Assembly (NCBI GenBank): GCA_002269645.1
Contig: NIVC01002567.1
Coordinates: 97,187 to 161,186 of the forward strand
Direction of reading: 5' to 3'
Length of the DNA: 64,000 nt
From: Macrostomum lignano
Lineage: Eukaryota
This document shows, piece after piece, positions 21,830-32,200 of this stretch; the stretch's first letter is position 1, and every line of letters begins with the position of its first letter. A program made the position numbers and the translations under genes. The notes beneath the pieces were generated by a model. The model had not been told where the DNA came from, did not search any database, and worked only from the letters and a program-made list of their open reading frames with translations.

Positions 21830-22677
21830 AGACAGATATAACGCACCAGGAACGGCACATGGCCCGCATATATGATACTGCCGACCCATTTGCTCTGCAC
21901 ATGGGCCTTGTGCTTTGCGTTTATGACAAATCTATCCCTATTCATGAGCAGCAGAAGCTGCCCCTTGCCGCCTGTGCCGGCTGCAGTTCATCAAAGAATA
22001 GGCACTGTGTATGCCTAATTTTAATCCGTCGAACGGAAAGGCTTCGGAGAGTCTGGCGCGTAGACAGTCTCTCGGCCGAAATGTAAGCCGACCATCGCCG
22101 ACTTGCCCACTCCACTGGGGCCCCACAAAAAAATTATTGTTGGAACAGCCAGTCCTTGTCGCATGGCTGTGCAAATTTCACGCTGTATTGCACAGGCGCC
22201 ACCAAGCGACAGTCTCTGTGTGTCGTTGTTGCTACGCGACGCCGCATTTGATGTTGTCGTCGACGCCACGACAGCTGGAAATTGGCAGACGCCGCACATG
22301 CTTGGCCGTACCAGATTGGCCGGCATGGGGCTGATGCCTAGCTCCTCCACCCGGATGCGGCGCATCATTTGGACAGAGCTGAAATAGTCCAGCGTCTGTC
22401 TAAGCAACAACGGATGGCCGCACACTAGCTGCGGATCGTCGGGCCTCGGCTGCATGCAGCCCAAAGGGTGGGACATGGCCCACCGATACAACAACACATT
22501 CCTGGACAGGCAGCCGTCGTCAATGTCCGTGACGGCTGCTGTCGGGTCGTTAAGTGTCACGCGGCGTATCTCCGCGTGTGCACTCTGTACACTCCCGATC
22601 TCAGCATTTGTCCACCCTTTAGCGGCGAACGCGTCCTCCCTGGGCCCCGACGCAAACAGCCTATCAGATCTACTGTG
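21830..22677 (-). pseudogene. Superfamily 3 helicase resembling the C-terminus of CRESS-DNA virus Rep, frameshifted
   Basis: Walker A IIFLWGPSGVGKS (22099-22122) is followed, across three successive frame changes, by PFDGLKLGIH, Walker B CLFFDEL (21984-22001) and LLLLMNRDRFVINAKHKAHVQSKWVGSIIYAGH. This parallels the Rep pattern WFDGY / VFDDF / LL.L.DRYP..V..KG / I.ITSN. Confidence 0.68.
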
Positions 22678-22679
22678 CT

Positions 22680-23244
22680 ATGTAGAAATTGCACAACACT
22701 GAACTTTCTCAAACCTGAAATTAACGTCCACAGGGGACATAAGAAGGACTGGAAACTGTCCCCTATCGAAAATTCGACAATCGCTATCGGCGATGAAAGT
22801 CTCTCTGAGCCCGGGCAAGCGCACCCAGATGTACAAATTGAGATTTTTCCAAATCTACGCGCTGAGAACTTAATCAAGGTGCTGCGTGAGCAGTTGAAGA
22901 ACCCTAGCTCAGCTGTCAAAGTGGTCATTCTCTTCCCTTGTGGTCATGACCTGTCGAGACAATTTGAAGGTTTCCAATTTCCAACAACAATCGTGAATCA
23001 TTGTCGCAAGGCCTTTCCAGAGACAAACATCTACACACTTGACTCAGTGGTGGATGTCGAGGCAACGGACAGCGTCCGAAGCAACGTGGACAAATTGAAC
23101 CGCCATGCGCGGAATCTCAACCAGCAGGGGCACGTGTCACTACCCAGACAGGGTTTGACCTTCCTGTCAGACAAGGTTACACTATCTGACCAATCGGCCT
23201 TGGAGGTCTTCAGGATTGTCTATGGCAAAGTGCAAAAAGACTAG
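22680..23244 (+). pseudogene. SGNH-hydrolase-like upstream ORF of the Penelope-like element
   Basis: HRGHKKDWKLS...TIAIGDESL...DVQIEIFPNLRAENL...VKVVILFPCGHD resembles the IIGDSNL...QIDSFPGA...KVILS.G.N pattern of retroelement SGNH domains. Confidence 0.6.
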
Positions 23245-23256
23245 TAGGTTTTAGGA

Positions 23257-24840
23257 ATGCGGCCAGCAGCCAAGTCAAATTTATCAAATTATCGTCTCTC
23301 TGAATGCAAAACCGAAATTTTAGGAATGGGGAAGAACTTTGTGCCAGCCCCAATTATTATGGGGTCCAGCGTCCTTTCTGACTCCATCAAGGTTTTCAAG
23401 CAGAGAATAGTGCTTAACTTCCTGCTTCAGCGTCGCACGTGTGCTTTCACCCCGCGCACCCCTTTTACTGGCCGAGCTTCAATCCCCAACATCAACTTGG
23501 ACAAGTGGCGCTCTCACAGAGACCTTTTTGAAAGCCTAGACAAGATCAGAATTCCAAGAATCATACACAACAAGCCAAACCTTCAGGAGCAGCAGAGAAT
23601 GGCACTGAAGATTCTTCGAGACAAAAGCAGTATCGTCATTAAACCTGCCGACAAGGGCAGCAATATGGTCGTTATGAATCGAACTGATTACATACTGGAA
23701 GCTAACAGACAGCTCTCCAACAGGACCTTCTACCAACCCCTAGACACTGCAATGAGCGCCCAGACCAGTGCCATTATCAAAGCCATTTTTCAAGATCTTA
23801 AAGAAGAAAAGATAATTACTAATCATCAATACTCGCAACTGATTCCACCGTCTATTCCTAGAGATCGAATTTTTTTACCTCTTGCCAAAAATTCACAAGG
23901 ATCCCGAAGAATGGCCTACTCCTGGAGTGCCTCCTGGGAGACCCATTGTCTCAGTCTGCAGCTCGGAAAGCTACATGAGCGCCAAATTTATCGATCTCTT
24001 TCTACAGCCGATCGCTATGGAATAAGACTCCTTCATCCGAGACACGGACCACTTTCAAGCGGCTATCAATGATTTGATTTTTGAAAAAGACGAAAATGTA
24101 TTTCTGGTTACAATGGATGTTGAATCCCTGTACACCAATATACCCACTGATAAGGGGATGGATGCCATTAGAGATGCCTTTCAAAAATTTCCCCAAACCT
24201 CAAGGACAGATAATCATCTTCTTGCGCTCCTGGATATTAACTTGAACAAAAATGATTTTGTTTTTAACGACACGCGCTATCTTCAAGTCAAAGGCACAAG
24301 CATGGGAAAGTCATTTGCGCCATCCTACGCCACCATCTTTATGTCTGCCTGGCAATCCAAAGCTTTAGAAGCTGCTCCGTTTACCCCTCGTTCTTCAAGC
24401 GCTACATTGACGAAATTTTTATGGTTTTCGTCGGCACTGAAGTCGAACTAAAGGAGATGCACAGGCATCTGAATGAGTTCGATAGCAACACCCGACTCAA
24501 GATGCAATACAGCAGAGAAAAGGTTCACTTCCTGGACTGTTGTGTCAGTCTGGCTGACGGAGGGAGGCAACAGCAACAAGAGACTTTCGTGCTCAATCTA
24601 CTTCAAACCCACCGATTCACGCCAGCTCTTACATCCGGGATCTTTTCACTCAAAGCACACATTCAAAGGTATACTGAAATCTCAGTTCCTCCGTTACGCT
24701 CGCCGTTGCACATTTAAAGAAGACTTCGATGAGGCCAGCAGCAGCTTAACAAGCATCCTGAAGAATCAAGGATATTCTGTCCGCTTAATCAGGGATGCCA
24801 AGAAATCTGCTCTCATCCAGCTAGGCTTCTACATTGATGG
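23257..24840 (+). pseudogene. Penelope-type reverse transcriptase (disrupted)
   Basis: NLSNYRLSECKTEILGMGKNFVP; IVIKPADKGSNMVVMNRTDYILEANRQLS; (FY)LLPKIHK...PPGRPIVS; LVTMDVESLYTNIP; YLQVKGTSMGKSFAPSYATIFM; RYIDE at 24400-24414 instead of YIDD; VHFLD; YFKPTD. Confidence 0.92.
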
Positions 24841-24843
24841 TCG

Positions 24844-25290
24844 GTGGGAGTTCGGCTTCCAGGATTGTGGCAATCTAAGCTGCCGTCCTTGCAGAGAGCA
24901 CGGGCCTTTGGCCAAGTTTGTTTAGGGTCCAGCGCTACAAATATGATTTACAAAATTTGTCAAAAAGTCCGCAGGAATGTGGTGTATGCCATTCTGTGCA
25001 AGACTTGCAATGACCGCTGTATCTACGTAGGTGAGACTGGAGGCGCTCTTAAAGTCAGACTTCAGGCTCACCTGAGCGACATCAGACTGGCTAAGGACAC
25101 CCCAATCTCCAGGCACTTTCGGTCACCAAACCACAATATTCAGGACCTCCGCTTTATGGGTCTGTGGTACCTCAGTACTGAGTGCCTGGCCACTAAAGAG
25201 GGCGCTCAACGCAGGCGGAGGAATATGGAGCAGAAGCTCATCGCTTTACTATAGACTCAGACTCCAGCAGGCATAAACACCGTCATCACT
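24844..25290 (+). pseudogene. GIY-YIG endonuclease of the Penelope-like element
   Basis: C..C..C knuckle (CGNLSCRPC), NVVYAILCKTC...IYVGETG...RLQAHLSDI...PISRHF...E.KLIALL*TQTPAGIN. Confidence 0.9.
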
Positions 25291-26245
25291 GAAAAAAGAC
25301 GCCTGCATCCCAATAGTGATCCCTTTCACGGACCACTCTGGGCGAGTTGTTCATCAAATTCGCACGTCCATTTCAAACCACGCTGCAGAGCTGGACACGG
25401 CGGCCGTCTATTCTCGCTCACGCTCATTAAAGGACATTCTATGTCCATCCAATCTGCCCGCCGTAACTAATGGTCGATCCCAAAACTCAAACCTCTTTTC
25501 AGATGAGCACTAGATGTACAGGTGTACACATGCGTTGCAACGTGCCCGCCTAACCATATTGATCATTTTTTTACACGTGGTTTTTGTACTCACTGTTGAA
25601 ATGAACAAGTCATGAGCTGAGAGTTTGCGAGACAAGACGAAAGTGCCAAGTGCACCGACAACCAACGATACGATTTATTACAAGCGAGGGTCAATAGTAG
25701 CCACCCCCACCCCAGGGCTAAAACACCAACAATGTACATTAAAATCACGATAGAGCAGAGACGTGCAAAGAGCGTGAGCCACGGACCATGAGTACACGCA
25801 CAGAGTTAAGAACACAAACAATACACGGAGTAAAAGCGCACCCCAACCCCACGCACCAGGCCCAACACTCACTATAAATAGTGAGTTAAATTTATAATTT
25901 ACTAATTTACTAATTTACAAATTTTACTTAAAGTTAAAGGTGAATCGGAATATCTGATAATGAAAAACTCAAGGCAGGCAGATAGGGCGATCCCGCAGAG
26001 AAAATGAGTAATCAATGTCTTGTTTTCCTATGGAGTATTAAATATATACAGAGCTAATAATGAAAAATTAATCGACCATTTTTAGCGAGAAAACGTTTGC
26101 TGATTAAGCATTTGAAAAATTGGTTTTGATTAAAAGATCCTACTAAAAGTAGAGCGAATGGCATGGACAGATAAAGTATCAGAAATTCAATCAATAACTC
26201 GTCGATAAGCGAGACCCGATCCCGAAATTTTCCGAAGGCTCTCCT

Positions 26246-26776
26246 TCAACGGTGCCGCGCGAACGCCGGCTTTCCGGTGGTTTGCTCGATGAAGTCCAGC
26301 TCCCGCTTCATCTGGCACACGGAGCAGGCCATACAGCAGCCGGTGGTCACGCAGCAGTCCTCGATGGCGCCGCCTCGGATGCCGTGGGCGGCTCGCAGTT
26401 TGGTGCGGTAGACCAGCGAAGCCGACTGACCGGACAGCGACAGGCAGAACGGAGCGCAGCAGCTCTCGCCGAACCTGTGCGACAGGCAGCAGCACATGTA
26501 GCAGGGGCAGCACCAGTACACCAGGCAGCAGGATTCGAAGTCGTCAAAACAGCCGCAGACGCTTGACGACCAGTTGCGCAGTCCATCGGCAGATTGGCCT
26601 ACGTACAGCTGCTGGGAGACGACCGTCATTTGGTAACCGGCACTCCCTGCTGACTGCTCATAACCAACCCTGTAGGGGTCGCTGCCGGCTCCCGGCATCG
26701 GCTGCTGCTGCTGCACCTGCTGTGGCTGCTTCTGGATAACTCCATCTTCCTGCGGCGGCTGGGCGGCTTCGGCCAT
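26246..26776 (-). CDS. PLAC8/cornifelin-family protein, paralogue B
   Basis: ATG at 26776 (MAEAAQPPQ). WSSSVCGCFDDFESCCLVYWCCPCYMCCCLSHRFGESCC...YRTKLRAAHGIRGGAIEDCC...CQMKREL. Confidence 0.92.
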   Translation of the reverse strand: MAEAAQPPQEDGVIQKQPQQVQQQQPMPGAGSDPYRVGYEQSAGSAGYQMTVVSQQLYVGQSADGLRNWSSSVCGCFDDFESCCLVYWCCPCYMCCCLSHRFGESCCAPFCLSLSGQSASLVYRTKLRAAHGIRGGAIEDCCVTTGCCMACSVCQMKRELDFIEQTTGKPAFARHR

Positions 26777-26861
26777 TGTGGTTCTTGACACGGTGGGTCG
26801 GGCTGGGGGCTGCAGTTGCGATCGCTTCAGTGGCTCTGGAGATAGATTGATGGATAGATTA

Positions 26862-27550
26862 TTAGTGGATAGATCATTTGTGAATAGATCATTTGTGAAT
26901 GGATCACTTGTGAATAGATCAATTGTGAATAGATCATTTGTGAATAGATCATTTGTGAATAGATCATTTGTGAATAGATCATTTGTGAATAGATCATTTG
27001 TGAATAGATCATTTGTGAATACATCATTTGTGAATACATCATTTGTGAATACATCATTTGTGAATACATCATTTGTGAATAGATCATTTGTGAATCGATC
27101 ATTTGTGAATAGATCATTTGTGAAAAAATTATTTGTGAATAGATCGTTTGTGAATAGATCAATTGTGAATAGATCATTTGTGAATAGATCGTTTGTGAAT
27201 AGATCATTTGTGAATAGATCATTTGTGAATAGATCATTTGTGAATAGATCATTTGTGAATAGATCGTTTGTGAATAGATCATTTGTGAATGGATCACTTG
27301 TGAATAGATCATTTGTGAATAGATCATTTGTGAATAGATCGTTTGTGAATAGATCATTTGTGAATAGATCATTTGTGAATAGATCATTTGTGGATATATC
27401 ATTTGTGAATAAATCATTTGTGAATAGATCATTTGTGAATAGATCAATTGTGAATAGATCATTTGTGAATGGATCACTTGTGAATAGATCAATTGTGAAT
27501 AGATCATTTGTGAATAGATCATTTGTGAATAGATCATTTGTGAATAGATC
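26862..27550. repeat. 15-bp minisatellite
   Basis: (gtgaatagatcattt)n, ~45 copies. Confidence 0.95.
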
Positions 27551-28269
27551 CGTTTTAGATGGATCATTTTGTTCTAAGTTCTTGACTGCGCTTATGTTAT
27601 CAATAAGCTAGAGAAACGCTTCTTAAGTTAAAGTACATTTAACTTGAATTGGAAAAAACATCAAGAAAAACTTACGTGATTCTTGCAAAAAGTTTTCTTT
27701 GTTGAATTCCTTCTTATACTGCCGAGACGAGTCCTTCTAGTTTTTCAAAATTACAAGCAAATTTCTGACGGATGCTACCTTTTGGGCTCGAGATTTCCAA
27801 GAAATTATATTTTCTTTTATGCTGTCTGCTCGGTACTGTATGAAGCGCAATGAGGTGGGGGTGTAAACACTCAGAGACTACATGAGTAAATTCAATAGTT
27901 TTCTGCGTGCATTGTGAATACCTTGTGGCAGCCCGACTTTGGCTACACAATTATGCGCAATTAACACAGAACTCGGCGGTGGAAAGCTCGATTTTGGTGT
28001 GCGCAACCACGTCTCTTTCGAAACGAAAAAAATTATGCGAGAGACCTTTTTATCTAGCATACATTCTCTTTTTATTTATTTATATTGAAATGAGAAATGC
28101 TTTTTACATCTGTTTCCTCGCTCAAGCAAATTAAGGGTTTACAGTCCCGCCATGCGACCAAGAAACATAATGAAATAATGGATGCTCGATTTTGATGAAG
28201 GGGCCATTCGTAAGTAAGTGCAAAGATGATCACAGACAGGGGCTGCTTATGTTTATGTTATAGTTTGAC

Positions 28270-29090
28270 CACAGAATATTGATTGACTTGTACCTGAGGG
28301 TGCAGAAGGTCCCAAACCATAGACTATATTGATTGACTGTAGCTGAGAGAGCAGAAGGTCCCAAACCATAGACTATATTGATTGACTGTAGCTGAGGGAG
28401 CAGAAGGTCCCAAACCATAGACTATATTGATTGACTGTAGCTGAGGGAGCAGAAGGTCCCAAACCATATACTATATTGATTGACTTTGGCTGAGGGAGCA
28501 GAAGGTAACAAACCATAGACTATATTGATTGACTGTAGCTGAGGGAGCAGAAGGTCCCAAACCATAGACTATATTGATGACTTTGGCTGAGGGAGCAGAA
28601 GGTCCCAAACCATAGACTATATTGATTGACTTGTAGCTGAGAGAGCAGAAGGTCCCAAACCATAGACTATATTGATTGACTGTAGCTGAGGGAGCAGAAG
28701 GTCCCAAACCATAGACTATATTGATTGACTGTAGCTGAGGGAGCAGAAGGTCCCAAACCATATACTATATTGATTGACTTTGGCTGAGGGAGCAGAAGGT
28801 CCCAAACCATAGACTATATTGATTGACTTTGGCTGAGGGAGCAGAAGGTCCCAAACCATAGACTATATTGATTGACTTTGGCTGAGGGAGCAGAAGGTCC
28901 CAAACCATAGACTATATTGATTGACTTTGGCTGAGGGAGCAGAAGGTCCCAAACCATAGACTATATTGATTGACTTTGGCTGAGGGAGCAGAAGGTCCCA
29001 AACCATAGACTATATTGATTGACTTTGGCTGAGGGAGCAGAAGGTCCCAAACCATATACTATATTGATTGACTTTGGCTGAGGGAGCAAA
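28270..29090. repeat. ~49-bp minisatellite
   Basis: gagggagcagaaggtcccaaaccatagactatattgattgactgtagct-type units, ~16 copies. Confidence 0.93.
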
Positions 29091-29231
29091 GGGTTCAATG
29101 ATGGTGCCGAAGTGTTTAAGTTACTCGCTATTGGCGCTTCGAACTTTCGCAGCTCAGAATCCGAGTCGGTCGAGGAATCGTAATTGAATTCGATAGGCAG
29201 CACCTTTGCGCGGAGTTCAGTGCCACGTTCA

Positions 29232-32200
29232 TCACCCCGACGCCCGGCCCCCAAGGCCGCCGTTCAGAACCGCCGTGGCCTGTCGGAACGCTGTGCTCAG
29301 TTTGGCCGCTGCCGACTTAGTTGCAAACCGGCGGCCTGCCGTCAGCGCCTGCGACAGTTGGGGAAAGCACCGGCTGACCCCGGTCGGCCCCGAGCCCATC
29401 AGCAAGTTGCCACCGCCTCCGTCGTCCTGGAAACTCCGACTCAGCAGGCCGAGCTGCTCGTTGAGCTCAGAGACGCCGGTGTCCAGCCGACTGTTCGACA
29501 TTCGGGCCGCGAAGTTGCGCAACGCGTCGGAAAATTTTTGCACAGCGTCGCGCAGCGACTCGGTCGCCAAACCGGCCAGACGCAGCCGGCCAGCCGCCCA
29601 GTTGTGGCAGGCGGTGGCTGCCCGAGCCAGCGATTCGCAGTCGTAGGGCAGCAGAGGCGCGTCCGACAGGCGCAGCAGGGCGTCGACGGTGAGTCGGGCT
29701 AGCGAGACGGTTGCTGCGTCAACGGAGTCACCGGGTGCTTTTGTGGCACCGCCGGGGTCGGCCACCTGCATATCGGAGTTTGAGTGTAAAATTTGTTTAT
29801 GAGAATATGGGCACTTGATAAAAGTACTTGAATACTTCATAAGTGCAGTTGCACTTTATACGTATGCTCGTACTTTAGGTTGTTTTTATAGAACTCCGTA
29901 GCAACGAAATATGAATTTTTTTGTGCAAAGTATGGAACAGAGTTTATCCGTCGGCTAACTATTTTCGGGAATATTTTGATTCTATAAAGTGCAGTAAGTA
30001 CTTTTAGCGTATGGGAGTGCACTCGGTACTCACAAGTTCAGGCTCGGCCGTGGGAATTCCCCAGTTGAAGGCGAATTCCGATTGGCTGCCGATGCTGCTG
30101 GGGAATGGCAATCTAAAAGTGGGAATAGGGAGCCGCGTGAATGATGAAAAATGTGTGAATGATGAAAAGTGAGTGAATGGTAGCAAAGTGAGTGAATGGT
30201 AGAAAAGTGAGTGAATGGTAGAAAAGTGAGTGAATGGTAGAAAAGTGAGTGAATGGTAGCAAAGTGAGTGAACGGTAGAAAAGTGAGTGAACGGCAGATA
30301 AAAAAAGTGAGTGAATGGTAGAAAAGTGAGTGAATGGTAGAAAAGTGAGTGAATGGTAGAAAAGTGAGTGAACGGTAGAAAAGTGAGTGAACGGCAGATA
30401 AAAAAGTGAGTGAATGGTAGAAAAGTGAGTGAACGGTAGAAAAGTGAGTGAACGGCAGATAAAAAAGTGATTGAATGGTAGAAAAGTGAGTGAACGGTAG
30501 AAAAGTGAGTGAACGGCAGATAAAAAAAGTGAGTGAATGGTAGAAAAGTGAGTGAACGGTAGAAAAGTGAGTGAACGGCAGATAAAAAAAGTGAGTGAAT
30601 GGTAGAAAAGTGAGTGAACGGTAGAAAAGTGAGTGAACGGTAGAAAAGTGAGTGAACGGCAGGTAGAAATGTGACCGAATGGCAAGGTAGAAAAGTGAGT
30701 GAATCATAGAATAGTGAATGAATGACAGCAAGTGATGATCTACGACGTATGAGCTTGTGAACACACCCATATTCCCCCATCAGCTTACTATTGACAGTTC
30801 ATTAATTCACTCACAGCGGCGGCTGTCCAGCAGCCGTGGCCTCGGACTCGACTGTCTCCGGCCAACCCGTCCCGTCCGCCTTCCCAGCCGATGGGGTGGC
30901 ATTCGCCGCGAACGTCGCCGCCGAATAGAACACGGAGTTGAGCAGCGGCGAGGCCCGCAGTCGCAGCCGTCGCGGGCCCTTCAAAGCCGGGACGGCCCTG
31001 TCCAGCGCCACGTAGGCTGCCACCCGAGGCTGCGGAATTCCGCGCCACCGACTCCGGGGCCCCCGGCGTCGTCGCCCCAGAAGGCCAGCACAATGCTCCT
31101 CTGGTTGCGGCTGTGGCGGCGCCGTTTCAACAGCGCTTGGGCGATGGCGCGGAGAATTCCGGCGGACGAAGGCGGAGCGCCGGCCATGGAGTAGCGCAGC
31201 GGCTGCTGACGGCCGCGCAGCACCAGGAACTGGTCGGTGACGCGGCGAAGCTCCAGGCGGCTCGGCTGCGAGATGGACAGGCGGCTGCGGGACGTCAAAG
31301 GCAGTGAGATGGAGGGCCGTGCAAACGACCTACGGGTAAGGACGTTGATCCGTGGTCTTCTGAACCGAATGACCAGCAGGTGAGGGGTGGTTGGCCATCA
31401 CCATTGGGCAAATGGAACTCATCCTACTGTCGCGCGAAAGTCCCTGGGCTCGCCGATGAGGGCCAACCCCAAGGGGTGTGTGTTGAGAAAAATCAGGGCG
31501 GCTGTACACCTTGTGACGGCCCTCCGGACCGTCGACCACATGTGTCTGCATCAGCTCTGGCTTTGTTGGTCCCTGGCCTTCGAAACTGTTATTCTAGTTT
31601 TGTGGATCAAGTATTGACAGTGGGCAGTCAGGTTGATGACGGAATGCTTGAGAGACTGAGGATGGCCAGCAGTTGAGGCTTGCCCGCTGTCGAGGTTTGA
31701 TCAGCGAAACTCGAGAAATTCGCAACAGGATTGTCCACAGTCACCTGGTGCCACCTGTTGAAGGTCCAGAAGCTCCGCCTGGGTGAAGGCTAGTGATGCA
31801 GACACATGTGGTCGACGTGCTGATGAAATTTGGAGGATTGGCAAGGCTGCACTGAGGCGCAGCGTTGATTGGTGCACAGGGGTGTACATATTAAATACAC
31901 CAGCGCTTATGGGAAAAATCCAACCTTCTGGCAGAATTGTTGGATATCTCGAAGGTCCGGAGAACTGGCGACTTGATTCTTGTTTGAGAAGGTGCGCAAC
32001 AAAAAGGTGTGTTCTTGAATTTCGTGTGCCTGCGTTGCTCCCTTCCGGCGCAGCAAGAAAATTATCAAGGGGGAAAATGGCTTGGCATTCCTACTGATAA
32101 TCGGAGAAAAGAAGCAAGGTTAGCATGCCGCACTACTGATTGAGTAGAAAGTCATGCGTAAGTCGCTATTTTCATCAAAATCGCCGTCTTCTAATCGGCT

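Larger units (their letters stand above)
22680..25886 (+). mobile_element. Penelope-like retroelement (Neptune-related), 5'-truncated and decayed
   Basis: Contains an SGNH-like ORF, RT and GIY-YIG in one orientation, with at least 5 frameshifts and in-frame stops at 24023 and 25252. Boundaries are approximate; no upstream pLTR copy is visible. Confidence 0.9.

Noticed and set aside
19480-22677. Helitron or DIRS interpretation of the YR/helicase module; a CRESS origin stem-loop
   Set aside because: The helicase motifs are SF3-like rather than PIF1/SF1. No RT/RNase H lies in the module's orientation. I found no TAGTATTAC/TAATATTAC-type nonanucleotide in a hairpin nearby.
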